This document shows, one piece after another, positions 60,410 to 64,000 of a stretch of 64,000 nt of DNA. How positions within the stretch are numbered: the first letter of the stretch is position 1; each line of letters starts with the position of its first letter. Source of the stretch: Nemertoderma westbladi (Eukaryota; Animalia; Xenacoelomorpha). Where the stretch lies: NCBI GenBank assembly GCA_032718475.1, contig JAUCBJ010001846.1, positions 248,001 through 312,000 of the forward strand, in the 5' to 3' direction. A program made the translations under genes and the position numbers. The notes beneath the pieces are model-generated. The model worked only from the letters and a program-made list of their open reading frames with translations. It ran no database searches and was not told the DNA's origin.

Positions 60410-61833
60410 ATGAAAAGAACCCCTGTTAGGGGAGTGAAATAGAACCTGAAATCGCATGCATACAAGCAGTCGGAGCTTGAATTTATTCAAGTGACGGCGT
60501 GCCTTTTGTATAATGAGTCGGCGAGTTATTCTCAGTGGCAAGCTTAACCATATAGGGGAGGCGTAGCGAAAGCGAGTCTGAAATAGGCGTTTTAGTCGCT
60601 GGGATTAGACCCGAAACCGGGTGATCTAGCCATGAGCAGGTTGAAGGTTGGGTAACACCAACTGGAGGACCGAACCCACTTATGTTGAAAAATGAGGGGA
60701 TGACTTGTGGCTAGGGGTGAAAGGCCAATCAAACCCGGAGATAGCTGGTTTTCTCTGAAAACTATTTAGGTAGTGCCTCATGTTTAACTCTTGGGGGTAG
60801 AGCACTGTTATGGCTAGGGGGTCGTAAAGATTTACCAAACCATTGCAAACTCCGAATACCAAGAAGTTCAATCATGGGAGACAGACAGCGGGTGCTAACG
60901 TCCGTTGTCGAGAGGGAAACAACCCAGATCATCAGCTAAGGTCCCTAAATGCAGTTAAGTGGGAAACGATGTGAGACTATAAAGACAGCCAGGAGGTTGG
61001 CTTGGAAGCAGCCATTCCTTTAAAGAGTGCGTAATAGCTCACTGGTTGAGTAAAGCTTGCGCGGAAGATTTAACGGGGCTCAAACTGCATACCGAAGCTA
61101 TGAATGCTCAATATGAGCATGGTAAGAGAACGTTCTGTAGGCCGTTGAAGGTGAACTGTGAGGTTTGCTGGAGGTATCAGAAGTGCGAATGCCGACATGA
61201 GTAACGATAATATGGGTGAAAAACCCATTCGCCGAAAACCCAAGGTTTTCTATGCAACGCTAATCGTAATAGAGTTAGTCGGCTCCTAAGGTGAGGCTGA
61301 AAAGCGTAATCGATGGGAAACAGGTTAATATTCCTGTACCTTGTATTGTTGCGATGGGGTAACGAAAAAGGTTAGATCAGCTGGGCATCGGTTGTCCTAG
61401 TTTAAGCGTGTAGGAATTATTCTTTGGCAAATCCGGGAATATTTATTCTAAGGCGTGATGACGAGACTTACTTTAAGTTGAAGTGATTGATACCATGTTT
61501 CCAAGAAAAACCTCTAAGCTTCAGGCAATACAAGACCGTACCCCAAACCGACACAGGTGGGAAAGGAGAGAATCCTAAGGCGCTTGAGAGAACTCTGGTG
61601 AAGGAACTAGGCAATTTAGCACCGTAACTTCGGAAGAAGGTGTGCCCTTATTAGGTGAAGTAATTTACTTACAGAGCCAAAGAGGGTTGCAACAACCAGG
61701 TGGCTGCGACTGTTTATTAAAAACACAGCACTCTGCAAACTCGTAAGAGGACGTATAGGGTGTGACGCCTGCCCGGTGCCAGAAGGTTAATTGATGGGGT
61801 TAGCGCTTGCGCGAAGCTCTTGATCGAAGCCCT

Positions 61834-61864
<31 letters not shown>

Positions 61865-61866
61865 GT

Positions 61867-61908
<42 letters not shown>

Positions 61909-62354
61909 TGGCGTAACGATGGCCACACTGTCTCCACCAGAGACTCAGTGAAATTGAAATTGCTGTTAAGATGCAGTGTACCCGCGGCTAGACGGAAAGA
62001 CCCCGTGAACCTTTACTATAGCTTTATACTGAACTTTGGTCATATTTGTGCAGGATAGGTGGGAGACTTTGAAGCTGGCACGTCAGTGCTAGTGGAGTCA
62101 TCCTTGAGATACCACCCTGATATAGTTGAAGTTCTAACTTCGTTTCATGATCTGGGACAAGGACAGTGTATGGTGGGTAGTTTGACTGGGGCGGTCTCCT
62201 CCTAAAAAGTAACGGAGGAGCACAAAGGTACTCTCAACACGGTCGGACATCGTGTAATGAGCGCAAAGGTAAAAGAGTGCTTAACTGCAAGACTGACAAG
62301 TCGAGCAGGTACGAAAGTAGGTCTTAGTGATCCGGTGATTCTGTGTGGAAGGGT

Positions 62355-62392
<38 letters not shown>

Positions 62393-62454
62393 AGTAATTC
62401 CGCCCAAGAGCTCATATCGACGGCGGAGTTTGCTACCTCGATGTCGGGTCATCT

Positions 62455-62494
<40 letters not shown>

Positions 62495-62674
62495 TCCATT
62501 TAAAGAGGTACGTGACCTGGGTTTAGAACGTCGAGAGACAGTTCGGTCCCTATCTACCGTGGGCGTTGGAGACTTGAGGGAAGCTATCCTTAGTACGAGA
62601 GGACCGGGATGGACGTTCCGCTGGTGTTCTGGTTGTCACGCCAGTGGCATTGCCAGGTAGCTATGAACGGATAA

Positions 62675-62705
<31 letters not shown>

Positions 62706-62843
62706 TTTGCCCAAGATTAGGTCTCCCTGAACTTTTTAAAGTTCCTGAAGGTTTGTTGAAGACGACAACGTTGATAGGCTGGGTGTGGAAGCATAGTAAT
62801 ATGTGAAGCTAACCAGTACTAATTTAACCGTGAGGCTTAATCA
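59949..62843 (+). rRNA. rrl: 23S ribosomal RNA
   Basis: GGCGATGAAGGACGTG, GAACTGAAACATCTAAGTA, GACGGAAAGACCCC, sarcin-ricin loop AGTACGAGAGGACC; flanks pair (caattacttagggttgtatgattaag / cttaatcatatgacacctaagtgattg); ends approximate. Confidence 0.98.
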
Positions 62844-62877
62844 TATGACACCTAAGTGATTGTTTGTATTGTTATTT

Positions 62878-62991
62878 TTCTGGCATTTATTGCGCGTGGG
62901 AAACACATGAATCCATTCCGAACTCAATTGTTAAGACATGCAGCGCCGATGGTAGTACACTTTTGTGTGTGAGAGTAGGTCTTTGCCAGGC
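62878..62991 (+). rRNA. rrf: 5S ribosomal RNA
   Basis: CTGGCA...CCATTCCGAACTC...GCGCCGATGGTAGT...GAGAGTAGG...TGCCAGG. Confidence 0.92.
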
Positions 62992-63086
62992 TCTTTTTTA
63001 AGGAAGTTGAAAAGGTTATATTTGATAGTCAAATAACTTTTTAACACTTTCCTTATCTTTTTAAAGATTTTTTATATTGTTGATTG

Positions 63087-63121
63087 GCCTTCTTGAAATT
63101 TTTTTAAGAGGGCTTTTTTTT
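63087..63121 (+). terminator. Rho-independent terminator after rrf
   Basis: GCCTTCTTGAAA/TTTTAAGAGGGC stem followed by a T8 tract; a longer imperfect hairpin at ~62999-63055 precedes it. Confidence 0.65.
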
Positions 63122-63184
63122 GTATTTTTGACATCAATGATGACTGAATTTGAGGCGTATTCGCTTCCTTAAGTAGTCAACGTT

Positions 63185-64000
63185 CTATTTAATTCGACTT
63201 ACGCTTTCAACACCTTGAATGCTTTTGATTATTTTAATCGCCTTATTAAGATTTTCTCTCTTTTTGATGGTGATATCAAGTTTAATGACCTGATAATCTG
63301 ATTTTTCAGTATCTTTTTTTGTGTTGATGTTGCAAAGCTCTATTTTGCAGGTTTGCAGTGCTTTAAGTGTTTGGAAAATAATTTTGTTGACTGTTTTTTT
63401 TGTATACGCTTTGATGATCAAAGATGATTTAAATTGGTTAATTTGTATGTCTTCCCAATCAATAGGAAAAAAATTAAGTGGGCTGTATTTTTTATTTGAA
63501 ATATATTGTTGACAATTGCTTCTGTGAATAATAATGGTTTGGGCTTCGTTTATTTCAGCAACAATTTGGTCTTTTTCAATGGGGTAGCAACATTCACCAA
63601 GCGAAATAAAATTGTTTTGTATGTTGGGTCGCTTTATTTTTTGGATTTGTCGAATGATATTTTTCCATTTTGATTCTCTGTTGATTTGGTTATTTTGATT
63701 ATTGATAATTTTAATAACACTCAGTGGCATTATTTGCCCCAATGCAATCATTTTGTAAAACTCGTTAATGGTTTTGCATTTATTTTGCTTAAGGATGCTT
63801 TGTATAATTTTGTCACTTAAATCAGAAAATTTTTCTTTTTTGTATTTTTTAAGTAGGATATCAATAATTTTTTGACCGGATACCAGTATATTTTTTTGTT
63901 GGTTTAATTTTAAAGATTGCTTAATGTTAAGTTGTGCCTTACTGGTAACGGCATAGGCCAGCCAATTGGCTTTGGGGAAGGCATTGGGGTCTGTGATAAT
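63185..64000 (-). CDS. spoT: (p)ppGpp synthetase/hydrolase, C-terminal part (runs off window)
   Basis: Frame open to 64000: IITDPNAFPKANWLAYAVTSKA (end of TGS region), CCYPI..DQIV..IIIHRSNC, terminal ACT domain. Confidence 0.82.
   Translation of the reverse strand: MITDPNAFPKANWLAYAVTSKAQLNIKQSLKLNQQKNILVSGQKIIDILLKKYKKEKFSDLSDKIIQSILKQNKCKTINEFYKMIALGQIMPLSVIKIINNQNNQINRESKWKNIIRQIQKIKRPNIQNNFISLGECCYPIEKDQIVAEINEAQTIIIHRSNCQQYISNKKYSPLNFFPIDWEDIQINQFKSSLIIKAYTKKTVNKIIFQTLKALQTCKIELCNINTKKDTEKSDYQVIKLDITIKKRENLNKAIKIIKSIQGVESVSRIK

Noticed and set aside
59938-60871. Minus-strand ORFs of 63-130 aa
   Set aside because: They are antisense shadows of the 23S rRNA
59949-62843. Intron or intervening sequence in the 23S
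   Set aside because: Length (~2.9 kb) is normal and the E. coli numbering offset is the same at positions 1927 and 2596

Overview
An AT-rich, tightly packed chromosomal window from a divergent, apparently genome-reducing gammaproteobacterium. Housekeeping blocks: sdhB(end)-sdhE-cbiB, nucleotide-sugar genes, rpsB-tsf-pyrH-frr-uppS-cdsA-dxr-rseP-bamA-skp-fabZ-rnhB-dnaE, argH/hemCDXY, argD-argF, ftsH-folP-glmM and the 3' end of spoT. Main candidate novel system (29.2-48.4 kb): two paralogous ~2,600-aa exported proteins with FDSSNW-type repeats and a shared C-terminal DUF11/SdrD-B/FlgD-Ig-like module. They are followed by a stand-alone ~1,140-aa predicted outer-membrane beta-barrel with a segment reminiscent of the T9SS translocon SprA, suggesting a minimal giant-adhesin export/anchoring system. 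Other oddities: lpxD, lpxA and lpxB are all missing from the bamA-dnaE cluster. A 23S-5S unit has no 16S upstream but has its own promoter and boxA. The 23S differs at normally near-invariant positions (I-CeuI and I-CreI site cores, H89, A-loop). There are several eroded genes (KAP NTPase, Fic, a thiG/fba chimeric scar). All family calls are motif recognition by eye; no searches were run.
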